From the NCBI GenBank assembly GCA_963695545.1, contig OY968796.1, forward strand, positions 1,888,001-1,952,000: a DNA stretch of 64,000 nucleotides. The letters are read 5' to 3'. Within the stretch, counting starts at the first letter, position 1. Each line of letters opens with the position of its first letter. Positions 8,902-21,294 of the stretch are shown piece by piece. Made by a program: the position numbers and the translations under genes. The notes under the pieces were generated by a model that saw nothing but the letters and a program-made list of their open reading frames with translations, had not been told where the DNA came from and ran no database searches. This DNA comes from Terriglobia bacterium (lineage in GTDB: Bacteria > Acidobacteriota > Terriglobia > Acidiferrales > UBA7541).

Positions 8902-10560
8902 TCACGACGGCGGCTCGAGATCGACCGTGCGCAGGAATTGCGGCGGTTTGCGCGCCTGCGTCGTTTGCTCGAATGCGTACGCGATCTTGATTAATGTTGG
9001 TTCGCTCCACGCGCGTCCGAAGAACGAGATGCCCACGGGCAATCCGAAAACGAAGCCGGCAGGAACATTGATGTTAGGGTAGCCGGCGACGGCGGCGGGC
9101 GTAGAGCTGCCGCCGGTGTCGTGGTCACCGTCGACAAGATCGATCGGCCACGCTGGACCCGCGGTCGGCGCAACCAGTGCGTCGAGATTATGTTTGTCCA
9201 TCACGGCGTCGATCCCTTCCTGTCGCGCCATGCGATGATTTTTCGCCAAGGCATCGAGGTAGGTCTTATCCGTCAGCGGACCCTTCTTCTCCGATTGCTC
9301 CAGGATGTCCTGACCGAAATAGAAGAGTTCCTCTTGATGATGTCGTTCGTTGAACTCAATGATGTCTTTAAGCGAATTCATGGGCGCGTTGGGAAATTGC
9401 GCGAGGTATGCATTCAGGTCCGCCTTAAATTCGTATTGCAGAACGACCAATTCGGAATCGTCGAATTTGCCCAGGGTTTCGATCACCACGGGATCGATGA
9501 GCACCGCGCCTTCGGATTTCATCGCGTCGAGCGCCGCTTTCATCACGGGGACAACGTTGTCCGCGACCTCAAAAAGTTTTCGCACCACGCCGATGCGCGC
9601 GCCGCGCAGGCCGCCGCGATCGAGAAACTTCGTGTATTCCGGAAACGCTTTTCGTGCCGGGATTTTCGTGGCCGCGTCGTCGGGATCCACTCCGGCGATC
9701 GCGCTCAACAGTGCAGCAGCGTCGGTAACCGTGCGACAGATTGGTCCAGCCGTATCCTGGTTGCGCGAAATGGGAATAACACCCGCGCGGCTAACGAGGC
9801 CGACGGTCGGCTTGATGCCCACCACGCCGTTCATGGAAGACGGGCAGACAATTGAGCCATCTGTTTCCGTCCCGATCGTAATTGCCGCCAGATTCGCGGC
9901 CGCGGCCGCGCCGGAGCCGGAGCTTGATCCGCAGGGGTTGCGGTCGAGCACGTACGGATTGCGCGTTTGCCCGCCGCGCCCGCTCCAGCCGCTCGAGGAA
10001 TGGCTCGATCGGAAATTCGCCCACTCGCTCAGATTCGCTTTGCCGAGAATCACGGCGCCCGCTTCGCGCAGCCGCCGCGCGACGGCTGAATCGCGCGTTG
10101 GTGCAAAGCCTGAAAGCGCAAGCGAGCCTGCCGTCGTCATCATGCGATCCGACGTGCCGATGTTGTCTTTGATCAGCACCGGAATTCCGTGCAGCGGACC
10201 GCGCGGGCCCTTGTTCTTGCGTTCGGCGTCGAGCGCATCGGCGATGGAAAGCGCGTCGGGATTGATGTCGATTACGGCGTTTATGGACGGGCCTTGTTTA
10301 TCGACTTCCGCGATGCGATCGAGATATTTCTGCGCGATCGAACGCGCCGTGAATTTCCCGGACGTCATCCCATCCTGAAGGGCGACGACGGTGATCTCGT
10401 CGAGCTCAAACGGCCCGACGCCGCTAGATCGCGCTGAACTGCCCTCGCGCCCCGAGAGCGCAGGCACGATCGCTGACGCCGCGCCCAGAACGCCGGCGGC
10501 CCCGAGGAACTTCCGGCGGCTTAATTCGGCCGAATGGTTTTTCGATGCGCGCAAGAACAT
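8902..10560 (-). CDS. Amidase signature family protein, Tat-exported
   Basis: SRRKFLG Tat motif, IPVLIKDNI, CGSSSGS, GTETDGSI. Confidence 0.93.
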   Translation of the reverse strand: MFLRASKNHSAELSRRKFLGAAGVLGAASAIVPALSGREGSSARSSGVGPFELDEITVVALQDGMTSGKFTARSIAQKYLDRIAEVDKQGPSINAVIDINPDALSIADALDAERKNKGPRGPLHGIPVLIKDNIGTSDRMMTTAGSLALSGFAPTRDSAVARRLREAGAVILGKANLSEWANFRSSHSSSGWSGRGGQTRNPYVLDRNPCGSSSGSGAAAAANLAAITIGTETDGSIVCPSSMNGVVGIKPTVGLVSRAGVIPISRNQDTAGPICRTVTDAAALLSAIAGVDPDDAATKIPARKAFPEYTKFLDRGGLRGARIGVVRKLFEVADNVVPVMKAALDAMKSEGAVLIDPVVIETLGKFDDSELVVLQYEFKADLNAYLAQFPNAPMNSLKDIIEFNERHHQEELFYFGQDILEQSEKKGPLTDKTYLDALAKNHRMARQEGIDAVMDKHNLDALVAPTAGPAWPIDLVDGDHDTGGSSTPAAVAGYPNINVPAGFVFGLPVGISFFGRAWSEPTLIKIAYAFEQTTQARKPPQFLRTVDLEPPS

Positions 10561-10603
10561 CGCTCCTTCACGTGTCGCCTGATTCGTTCAGCGTCTCGAA
10601 CGA

Positions 10604-10852
10604 TCAATGAAAGTGCGTGATCGCAAACACGATCGCCGCGCCGAGGCCCGCGAGAATAATGATCGCGCACACCCGCAACCACACCGGCCAGCTCAGCGCC
10701 GGAATTGGCGACGGAGACCGCGGCCGCCGGTAAGGCGCGGGCGGATCCAGAACCCCGGCGCTCGTGAATTTTCCGGGAGGCCGCCGGCCGCCGCGCGAGG
10801 AGGATGGCTCAGCTTCAGGCGCTTCTTCGTATTGAGTGAACTCGTGAGGCAT
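10604..10852 (-). CDS. Small hypothetical protein with C-terminal TM helix
   Basis: 82-aa ORF from ATG 10852 filling the gap between the amidase and queG; hydrophobic C-terminus. Confidence 0.5.
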   Translation of the reverse strand: MPHEFTQYEEAPEAEPSSSRGGRRPPGKFTSAGVLDPPAPYRRPRSPSPIPALSWPVWLRVCAIIILAGLGAAIVFAITHFH

Positions 10853-10960
10853 GGCGCGGCTATTATAATCCCGATTCTGTTGGCGTCTCACGGGCGCGAA
10901 ATCTTGCCGCGCTTGGGTCCGTCGGCAGAAATTGCGGCGTTTACGGAGTGCGTTATTCAA

Positions 10961-12058
10961 ATGGTGAGCGATCGTACCGCCTACGTCGTTGAGCGCGCCC
11001 GCGCACTCGGATTCGATTTGTGCGGCGTGGCCGTCGCGAGCGAATTCCCGGAACTCGACCGGTTGCCGGAATGGCTCGCGCGCGGCTACGCGGGTGAGAT
11101 GCGCTACCTAGCGGATCCGCGCCGCGCGTCTCCTGTAGTGGCGATGCCGGGCGCGCGCAGCGTGATAGTGTGCGCGCTGAACTACAACACGGCGCAGCCG
11201 CGATCCACCGAGGCTGCAGCGAGTGTCGAATCCGGACGCGGTTGGATTTCGCGGTACGCCTGGGGCGAGGACTATCACCGCGTCTTGCTCGAGAAACTCG
11301 AAGCGTTGATTGCCGACCTGCGCCAGAAGATGGAGATCGAGGCGACGGAGGGCTTCGAGGCCCGCGCATACGTAGACACCGGACCCGTCGTCGAGCGCGT
11401 GGCCGCCAAGCATGCCGGGCTCGGCTGGCTTGCAAAGAACACGTGTCTGATCAATTCCGAGCTTGGCTCGTGGCTGTTTCTCGGCGTGATCCTGACGACA
11501 CTTAAGCTTGCGCCGTCTGTAGGTGCCGCCGAACCGCCGCCGGCCGACCTCTGCGGAAATTGCCGGCTGTGTCTGGACGCGTGTCCCACCGGCGCGTTGG
11601 TCGAGCCGTACGTGCTCGATGCACGTCTCTGCATCTCGTATCTCACGATCGAACTGCGCGGTTCGATTCCCCTCGAATTGCGCGCGCCGATCGGCCGCAA
11701 CGTTTTCGGCTGCGATATCTGCCAGGACGTTTGCCCGTGGAATCATCGATCGCCGGTCGGCTCAGCGCCGGAGTTTGGACCGCGCACGGTACAGGACGAA
11801 TCGCTAGCCGCTCCCCCGCTTGAATTTCTTCTCGGCCTTACGGAAACCGAGTTCCGCGATGCATTTCGCGCAAGCGCCGTGCGCCGCACGAAGTGGCGCG
11901 GCTTGATCCGAAACGCGTGTGTCGCTGCCGGCAATTCCGGCCTCGCGCCCGGCGACCCGGGCCACGCCGAGATCGTGCATCGTCTGCAGCGACTGGCGGA
12001 GTCTGAAGATTCTCTCATCGCCGAACACGCCCAATGGGCGCTCTGTCGCATCCAATGA
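10961..12058 (+). CDS. queG: Epoxyqueuosine reductase
   Basis: SRYAWGEDYH, YVDTGPVVER, CGNCRLCLDACPT and GCDICQDVCPWN Fe-S motifs; ATG 10961 chosen as start. Confidence 0.93.
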   Translation: MVSDRTAYVVERARALGFDLCGVAVASEFPELDRLPEWLARGYAGEMRYLADPRRASPVVAMPGARSVIVCALNYNTAQPRSTEAAASVESGRGWISRYAWGEDYHRVLLEKLEALIADLRQKMEIEATEGFEARAYVDTGPVVERVAAKHAGLGWLAKNTCLINSELGSWLFLGVILTTLKLAPSVGAAEPPPADLCGNCRLCLDACPTGALVEPYVLDARLCISYLTIELRGSIPLELRAPIGRNVFGCDICQDVCPWNHRSPVGSAPEFGPRTVQDESLAAPPLEFLLGLTETEFRDAFRASAVRRTKWRGLIRNACVAAGNSGLAPGDPGHAEIVHRLQRLAESEDSLIAEHAQWALCRIQ

Positions 12059-12267
12059 ATGCTTGAAACCGCGATTGCGGTGGGGAATTGCCGCGACGTT
12101 GAGGCAGACCGCGCCGGGGCGCTATAATTTAGGTGCTGGAACGCGGCCAGCCAGTTCTGCGAGAGGTCCGCATGAATCGAAGAAAGTTTCCCTTGCGAAC
12201 CGGAGTCCTCGCCGCAACCCCCAATGAGTTTCACGAGAAATCAAAATCTAGTTCGGAGGAATAACAC

Positions 12268-12879
12268 GTGCCTTTTACATTGCCGCCGCTGCCGTATGGG
12301 TTTGACGCACTTGAGCCATACATCGATGCCAAGACCATGGAGATTCACCACGACAAGCACCACGCCGCCTACGTCAACAATCTGAATAAAGCGCTGGAGT
12401 CGCATCCGGACTTGCAAAGCAAGACTCTCGAGCAGTTACTCTCCAGCCTCGATTCACTTCCAGAAGCGATTCGGGGCGCGGTTCGCAACAACGCCGGCGG
12501 CCACTGGAACCACTCGTTTTTCTGGCCGCTCATGAAAGTCAATAACGGCGCCGGTCCGACGGGAGAGTTGGCCACGGCTATCAACTCGACCTTCGGCTCT
12601 TTCGCCGACTTCAAGACGAAGTTGGCGGCCGCAGGCGCGGGCCGATTCGGCTCCGGATGGGCCTGGCTGCTGGTCAAGGGCGGGAAGCTTGTCGTCGACT
12701 CGACGCCGAATCAGGACACGCCGATCTCGCTTGGCGGCACGGCTGTGATTGGCGTCGACGTCTGGGAGCACGCGTACTATTTGAAGTATCAGAACCGCCG
12801 GCCGGATTACATCGAGGCTTGGTGGAACGTCGTCAACTGGGATGCCGCCGCGAAGAATTACGCCGCGGCCAAGAAGTAG
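12268..12879 (+). CDS. sodA: Superoxide dismutase, probably Mn-type
   Basis: [15 protein letters not shown] (GG, Mn-type), [12 protein letters not shown]. Confidence 0.93.
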   Translation: MPFTLPPLPYGFDALEPYIDAKTMEIHHDKHHAAYVNNLNKALESHPDLQSKTLEQLLSSLDSLPEAIRGAVRNNAGGHWNHSFFWPLMKVNNGAGPTGELATAINSTFGSFADFKTKLAAAGAGRFGSGWAWLLVKGGKLVVDSTPNQDTPISLGGTAVIGVDVWEHAYYLKYQNRRPDYIEAWWNVVNWDAAAKNYAAAKK

Positions 12880-13070
12880 GCGCGACGCACTTCCGGCCCG
12901 CGCCGGGCGACAACTCGAAGACGTAATCGGCCCGCCGGGGCGAAATTCCATTCGCCCGCGCGGGCCGTTTGCTTGATCACGCGCGGCGCTCGCAAGCCAG
13001 AATGCTGATTAGGTAATCGCGAATCGCGCGCCCGTTTACGCCAAGCAGCGAATCCGACACAATCTCTCGC

Positions 13071-14675
13071 GTGATACAACGCCAAACCACATCGGCGCTG
13101 GGGCGCAAGATCGCGCAGTCCACCGGAATCGTGATGGCCAGCGTGCTTCTCAGCCGCGTGCTCGGATATTTGCGCGATTGGGAGGTGGCTCACAAGATCG
13201 GCGCGAGCGCCATCACCGATAGTTACTACGCCGCGTTCACTTTGCCCGACTTCTTGAACTATCTCGTCGCGGCAGGTTCTCTCAGCCTGACGTTCATTCC
13301 GGTTTTCTCAAAATACCTGGCCGAAGATCGGGAAGAGGAAGGCTGGAAGGTGTTCTCCATCGTGACCTGCGCCATGGGTTTGTTGCTCGTGGCGTTCGTG
13401 CTTATCGCCGAATTGTATGCGCCACGCTTGGTATCGCTGATAGCGCCGGGCTTCGGACCCTCGGAAAAAACGCTTGTCGTTTTCCTGACGCGCGTGATGT
13501 TGCCCGCCCAGTTTTGCTTCTTCATGGGCGGCGTTCTGAGCGCCGTGCAATACGCCAAAGGTGAATTCATCGTGCCGTCGCTGGCGCCGCTCGTTTACAA
13601 CACCGGCATCATTCTCGGCGGCGTCCTGTTGGCTTCCCGCATCGGGATCACAGGGTTCACGGTCGGAGTGGTGGCCGGGGCGACCGCCGGAAACTTCCTG
13701 CTGCAGGTCTACGGCGCCATTCGCGTCGGCGCGAAATTCACGCCATCACTCGACATTCGGCATCCCGGATTCATCATGTTCGTGAAGCTCGCGATTCCCA
13801 TCATGCTCGCGCTATCGCTTCCTTTCACCGACGACTGGGTTATCCGCTGGTTCGGATCCTATCTCCACCCCGCTTCGATCACTTGGCTCTACTACGCCAA
13901 AATGTTGATGCGCGTTCCGCTCGGAGTTGTGGGCCAGGCGATCGGAGTCGCTTCGTTCCCCGTGCTTGCGCACCTCTATTCCGAGGGGCGCTTGGACGAG
14001 ATGAATCGAATGCTCCATGCGACGATGAAAGGCCTGGTTCTGATCCTGGTGCCGATCGCCGCTTTGACCATGGCAGAAAGTCGCCCCTTGCTGCATCTGG
14101 TGTTTTCGCACACGCGTCTGCACGAATCGGATTTGAACGCCACCGCAACGACGTTGGTCCTTTTCTCCCTCGGAATGTTCGGCTGGGGCGCGCAGGGAAT
14201 ATTGGCGCGCGGATTTTACGCCACGCACGATACGATCACTCCGGCCGTGGTCGGGACGTTGATGGCCTTCGCCACTCTTCCACTCTATTGGTTGGGTGTG
14301 CGCCATGCGCAGCACCTGGGCTTGGCGCTTGCAAGTTCCGTGGGCATCACGATCTACACCATCCTGCTGTTCGTTTTGCTGATTCGCCGTACGCGCGACC
14401 ATCAGGCTGGCGAACTGCTTTGGTTCACCGCGAAAATCATGCTTGCGTCGGCCGTTAGCGGACTCGCGAGCTGGAAATTCTCGGATTGGCTGGGCAGCCA
14501 CATCGCATGGCGCACCATGCACGGCGCCTTTGTGGATGTTTCGATCGTGAGCGCGCTCGGAATCGCGCTGACCACGCTGTGCATTTGGGCTTTGCGCGTG
14601 CCGGAGCTTGCGATCTACGCGCGCCGCATTTATCGCGGCAGCACGCGCGTGACCGTGGGAGACACAAGTTCGTAG
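13071..14675 (+). CDS. murJ: Lipid II flippase MurJ/MviN
   Basis: SRVLGYLRD, AAFTLPD, FIPVF; multi-TM MOP-family layout. Confidence 0.88.
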   Translation: MIQRQTTSALGRKIAQSTGIVMASVLLSRVLGYLRDWEVAHKIGASAITDSYYAAFTLPDFLNYLVAAGSLSLTFIPVFSKYLAEDREEEGWKVFSIVTCAMGLLLVAFVLIAELYAPRLVSLIAPGFGPSEKTLVVFLTRVMLPAQFCFFMGGVLSAVQYAKGEFIVPSLAPLVYNTGIILGGVLLASRIGITGFTVGVVAGATAGNFLLQVYGAIRVGAKFTPSLDIRHPGFIMFVKLAIPIMLALSLPFTDDWVIRWFGSYLHPASITWLYYAKMLMRVPLGVVGQAIGVASFPVLAHLYSEGRLDEMNRMLHATMKGLVLILVPIAALTMAESRPLLHLVFSHTRLHESDLNATATTLVLFSLGMFGWGAQGILARGFYATHDTITPAVVGTLMAFATLPLYWLGVRHAQHLGLALASSVGITIYTILLFVLLIRRTRDHQAGELLWFTAKIMLASAVSGLASWKFSDWLGSHIAWRTMHGAFVDVSIVSALGIALTTLCIWALRVPELAIYARRIYRGSTRVTVGDTSS

Positions 14676-15823
14676 CGCACCCCGCGCCACGCGATGCGCC
14701 GCGTCGTCGCGGACACCAGGTGATTCCACAGCGAGACCAGCGGAACCAGCGGTGCCAGCACCGTCCAGATCCATCCGTTTGCCAGCAGCTGTTTTTTCCA
14801 TTCCGGCAAAAGCTCGATTACCGCAACCAATCGCAGCATACCCCGCACCACGGCCAGCAGCGGCGGCAGCGACATCAGCGTCAAGATCTGGAACATCGGC
14901 GCGCCGGTCAGCAAATCCCCCGCGGCGATGGTAACTCCCAGCACCAACATCGTGGCGTAAATCAAATGCGCAAAGCCGCCGCGCCACCACAGGCGCGGTT
15001 CATAGATCCGCGTCACGATCATCTGCCGGTTGGTGAACTCGAAAAATCCGCCCGCGGTCGTCGCCGCGATCGTCGGCACCAGGCATTCCGGCACAAAGCG
15101 AATCGGCGCATTCGCGCCGCGCAGAACTCGCGTGAGCACAAGATCGTCGCTCGCCGCGCCTTGCCAGCTTGCCATCACGTGCAGCGATTCAAACGTTTCC
15201 CGGCGAATCGCCGTGCCCCCGCCCCAGCAGAAATTGTTGCCGTGCTGGCCGAGAAACGTCGCCACCGGCGCGTTCCACGCGGAAAGCATCGCGTTCCAGA
15301 AACCGCCGCGCTCCACCATGTACCAGCGGAACGTCGTCGCCGCTCCCAAGCTTGGCGCCGCGAGCGGACCCACGAGACGCTTCAGCCACCCGCGCGAGGG
15401 CCTTCCATCGGAATCGCAGAAAACGAACGCATCAAAGCGCCCGCCCACGCGATCGATCGCCACGCGCAAATTGTTCACTTTTTCCGAGCACTGTTGCGGT
15501 TTCCCGGCCAGAATCACTTGCGCGGGCGTCTTGCTCTTCGTCGCCACGAGCGTGGCCAGATTGTGCGCGGGATCGTCGAGGCTCGCCAGAATAAAAAAGA
15601 TTTCGTAATTCGGATAATCGAAGCGCGTCAGCGCCGTGAGGTTCTGCTCAAGTCCGGGCTCGAGACCTTTGACCGGGCAGAACACCGCAACCGTCGGTGT
15701 GTAAAATCCCGGATCACTCGCCGTGCCGTGCTGTGCCGCGCGCAGCCACCGAAATGAATCCCACAGGTTGTAAATCCCCTGAAGGATTTGCTCGATCGCC
15801 AGAATGTAGAAGAGTACCAGCAT
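14630..15823 (-). CDS. GT-A glycosyltransferase, ceramide-glucosyltransferase/HpnI-like
   Basis: N-terminal TM, PVKGLE, KVNNL, DSD (DxD), SDD, RQ, C-terminal WRGVRY; start at ATG 15823. Confidence 0.8.
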   Translation of the reverse strand: MLVLFYILAIEQILQGIYNLWDSFRWLRAAQHGTASDPGFYTPTVAVFCPVKGLEPGLEQNLTALTRFDYPNYEIFFILASLDDPAHNLATLVATKSKTPAQVILAGKPQQCSEKVNNLRVAIDRVGGRFDAFVFCDSDGRPSRGWLKRLVGPLAAPSLGAATTFRWYMVERGGFWNAMLSAWNAPVATFLGQHGNNFCWGGGTAIRRETFESLHVMASWQGAASDDLVLTRVLRGANAPIRFVPECLVPTIAATTAGGFFEFTNRQMIVTRIYEPRLWWRGGFAHLIYATMLVLGVTIAAGDLLTGAPMFQILTLMSLPPLLAVVRGMLRLVAVIELLPEWKKQLLANGWIWTVLAPLVPLVSLWNHLVSATTRRIAWRGVRYELVSPTVTRVLPR

Positions 15824-15964
15824 CGCCACGCGCAATCGAGGATAGCAGATACCTGCGCTCGCAAGTGTTTGTTGCGGCACGATGCGGCTAAAATTACAGC
15901 GCCACCGAAGTGGGCTCGCGGATAAAATCTCTGCGAACTCATCTCCAGCCGGAGGACGCATACA

Positions 15965-16324
15965 ATGTCGCCCGAGAGCAACACACTGATCAGCGCGAGT
16001 CTCGTTACCGGGGCCTTCGAGCTGCCTGGCTACCGCGTCGTCCGGAATTGCGGGATTGTGCGCGGCATCGTGGTGCGTTCGCGCAGCTTGCTCGGCAATT
16101 TCGCGGCCGGCTTGCAGACCATCGTCGGCGGCAATATCACCGTGCTGACCGAGCTGTGCGAGAACACGCGCGAAGAAGCTTACGATTTAATGGTGGAACA
16201 CGCCGTCGAGCACGGCGCCAACGCCATAATTGGCATGCGCTACGACGCGACCGAGATCATGCAGGGCGTTACGGAAGTGCTGGCCTACGGCACGGCCGTG
16301 CGCGTCGAGCCGGCCTCAAGTTAG
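15965..16324 (+). CDS. YbjQ/UPF0145 family protein
   Basis: GIVRGIVVRSR, GANAIIGMRYD, EVLAYGTAV. Confidence 0.9.
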   Translation: MSPESNTLISASLVTGAFELPGYRVVRNCGIVRGIVVRSRSLLGNFAAGLQTIVGGNITVLTELCENTREEAYDLMVEHAVEHGANAIIGMRYDATEIMQGVTEVLAYGTAVRVEPASS

Positions 16325-16352
16325 TGTAGCGGCGGACTTAGCTTGTCGCCGG

Positions 16353-16970
16353 CTAACGCGCTTCGCGGATGCCCAGCGTGCGCGCCAGAATTTTCCCTGC
16401 CGCGCGAACCAATTCATTCTGAAAACGATCGGCTGCGCGCCTCGCCTTCTCCATCATCGAAGGGTCCAGAAGCAGCGCGCATCGATCCGGGAACGGAAAC
16501 CGCTCATGCGCCGCCGATTTGCGTGCCGCCGCGGCCTTGCCGCCGCGCAATGCGCCGCTCGCCGCAGTGTGCTGCGGGCCCATGCGCACATAGAGATCGA
16601 GGTCCCGCAGGAATTCCGCCAAGTCTTCGGCCGACCAGCGCTCCATCCGGCCCAGCGCGTAGAAAAATTGATCGAAGAACGCGTCCGCGGCCAACGCCTG
16701 CTCCTCGGCGAGTTCCGCGCCGCGGCGCTTGCCAAAAAATCGCGGCAATTGCTCGCGCACTTCAATGATCATGGCCAGCAGGGCTTCGCGGCCGATGATC
16801 GTCTCGAGCTCGCGCGCCTGCGCCGTGGTTGCGGCCACGGCTTTGCGATCGAATTCCCGTGCGTATCCGGCGACGAAGTTTCTCACCATGCCGTCGCGCT
16901 CAAGCGCGTGGCAAAGAGCCTGCGCAACGGCGCCGCCGTAGGACGGAAACAGTTTTCGAGCAGCGGGCAT
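16353..16970 (-). CDS. Hypothetical protein
   Basis: About 205-aa ORF with plausible composition; FPFPDRCALLLDPS segment. Confidence 0.6.
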   Translation of the reverse strand: MPAARKLFPSYGGAVAQALCHALERDGMVRNFVAGYAREFDRKAVAATTAQARELETIIGREALLAMIIEVREQLPRFFGKRRGAELAEEQALAADAFFDQFFYALGRMERWSAEDLAEFLRDLDLYVRMGPQHTAASGALRGGKAAAARKSAAHERFPFPDRCALLLDPSMMEKARRAADRFQNELVRAAGKILARTLGIREAR

Positions 16971-17070
16971 CGTGCGGCGCACCGGTGAGTCAGCAGTCGA
17001 TCGGAGACCGTTTCATTCTATCGAGAGAGGAGCCAAACGCGAAGTAGCGGAATCCGGAAAGGCGTGGAGC

Positions 17071-17103
17071 AAAAGAAAAAGGGGCGAACAAATCGTTCGC
17101 CCC
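17071..17103 (-). terminator. Rho-independent terminator of lon
   Basis: GGGGCGAAC-gattt-GTTCGCCCC followed by TTTTTCTTTT on the - strand. Confidence 0.88.
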
Positions 17104-17130
17104 CGGTCAACGTTTAAGTTAATTTTCGCC

Positions 17131-19554
<2,424 letters not shown>

Positions 19555-19659
19555 ATGACCCCCTGGTCTAAGCCTCAAACAAATGTCAATTCAAATACAA
19601 TACAGCACTCGATCTGCCAATTGGATGCAGGCAGTTCTGGAAACGTTGCGAAATTTCCG

Positions 19660-19672
19660 TAAATCACTGATA
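19660..19672 (-). promoter_or_regulatory. IHF-type binding site upstream of lon
   Basis: TATCAGTGATTTA on the - strand matches WATCARNNNNTTR in AT-rich DNA. Confidence 0.5.
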
Positions 19673-19949
19673 CAAAATGTGAGTTTATAATACTAAACTA
19701 TTCGATTCTTGCAAACGCAAAAAGATTCCGTTCTATCCTATTCATTACAAGTGGTTAATGCACCTATTGGCGGGCGGTACCGTTTTGATCCGGCACCCGA
19801 CCCTGTCTAGGTCCCCACAAACTTAATCGGGTGTACGCAGATTTTGGTCCCTCAGAAACAGCCCCCCAGGTATAGGGTGGCCCGCCGACGGCCTCCGTGC
19901 CGGACTCGGTACCGATCTGAACATCTGTGGGGGTCGACGGGGACCGGTG

Positions 19950-21272
19950 CTAACCCTGAAATCGTTTCCGGACGAGCTCGAGCGCCTGCTCGCGATCCTT
20001 CAGCTCGCCATCGAGTTGGGCATCATCGACTGCTTGGAGGATCTCCTTGTACAACGGGCCGGGGGGAAAGCCCATCTCTTTCAGGTCCTCGCCCGTCACC
20101 AGGCGCTGCGGTCGAACTTCATCAGGCGGCGTCTCCGCAATAAAGCGCCGCACAAATTCGTAAGCGTCGAGATTGCGGTGGCTCGAAAGGCAATCCAGGC
20201 GATGAAGCTCGAGATGTTCCTCAAATCGAGGCAGTCGCACGAAACGCTTCAGCGTCGCCGGGCGCATTTGGAACACATCTTTGAAGCGCAAATGATTCGC
20301 CACCAGCGCTTCGATTTGTTCCGTGTCGTCGTTTGAAAATCGCAGCGCGCGGCAAATCTCCAGCGCCATCGCCGTGCCGATCTCGACGTGGCGATCGAAT
20401 CGTATGCGATCGCCGGGCCCCGAGGGCGGCGTGAACGTCGGCGGCTTGCCGACGTCGTGAAGCAAAACGCCCCAGGCGAGCGTCGGCGACGCGCCCGCCG
20501 CCAGTCCTTCGAGCATCATCAGCGTGTGCACCCAAACGTCGCCTTCCGGGTGAAATTGCGGCGGCTGCGCCACGCCTTTCATGCGCGCCACCCCCGGCAG
20601 CAGTGGCGCGAGCAATCCCGTTGCATCCAGCAACTCAAACGCGCGCCGCGCTGCGCCTTCGGTCAGAAGGCGCGTCAGTTCTTCGCGCACGCGCTCGGCG
20701 GAAACTTCGGTGATCTCGTTCGCCCGCGCGCGAATCGCCTCGAACGTCGCAGACTCGATCTGGTAACCGAATCGCGCGGCGAAGCGCACCGCGCGCAGCA
20801 TGCGCAGCTTGTCTTCGCCGAAGCGGCGGTCGGGATCTCCGATCGCGCGCACCAGGCCGGCGCGCAGATCGTCGCGTCCGTCGACGAAGTCGAGCACTTG
20901 CCCCGTGCGCGGATCGAGCAGCAATCCATTGATCGTGAAATCGCGCCGCCGCACATCTTCTTCGGCCGTGCGCGAAAAAATCACGCGATCCGGATGACGC
21001 CCGTCGGAATAGCCAACATCGCTGCGAAACGTCGCCACTTCGACGTCGGCATCGTCTTCGTGCACCAAAATCACGCCGAATTTCGCGCCGATTGTCAGGC
21101 TGCCGGGGAACAGCGTCACCACGCGCTCCGGCAAAGCGTCGGTCGCGACGTCGAAATCCGCCGGCTCGCGCCCGAGTTCGAGATCGCGCACGCATCCGCC
21201 CACCAGATATGCCTGATGGCCGTGCTGCCACAACACTTCGCAGATCTGCAACGCGAGTTCGCGCGGCGTCAT
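19950..21272 (-). CDS. cca: CCA tRNA nucleotidyltransferase with HD domain
   Basis: VGGCVRD, DFDVATDA, RRDFTIN, EDKLRMLRAVRF, LLHDVGK; ATG 21272. Confidence 0.9.
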   Translation of the reverse strand: MTPRELALQICEVLWQHGHQAYLVGGCVRDLELGREPADFDVATDALPERVVTLFPGSLTIGAKFGVILVHEDDADVEVATFRSDVGYSDGRHPDRVIFSRTAEEDVRRRDFTINGLLLDPRTGQVLDFVDGRDDLRAGLVRAIGDPDRRFGEDKLRMLRAVRFAARFGYQIESATFEAIRARANEITEVSAERVREELTRLLTEGAARRAFELLDATGLLAPLLPGVARMKGVAQPPQFHPEGDVWVHTLMMLEGLAAGASPTLAWGVLLHDVGKPPTFTPPSGPGDRIRFDRHVEIGTAMALEICRALRFSNDDTEQIEALVANHLRFKDVFQMRPATLKRFVRLPRFEEHLELHRLDCLSSHRNLDAYEFVRRFIAETPPDEVRPQRLVTGEDLKEMGFPPGPLYKEILQAVDDAQLDGELKDREQALELVRKRFQG

Positions 21273-21294
21273 GCCAGGATTATGCGCCGAAAGG

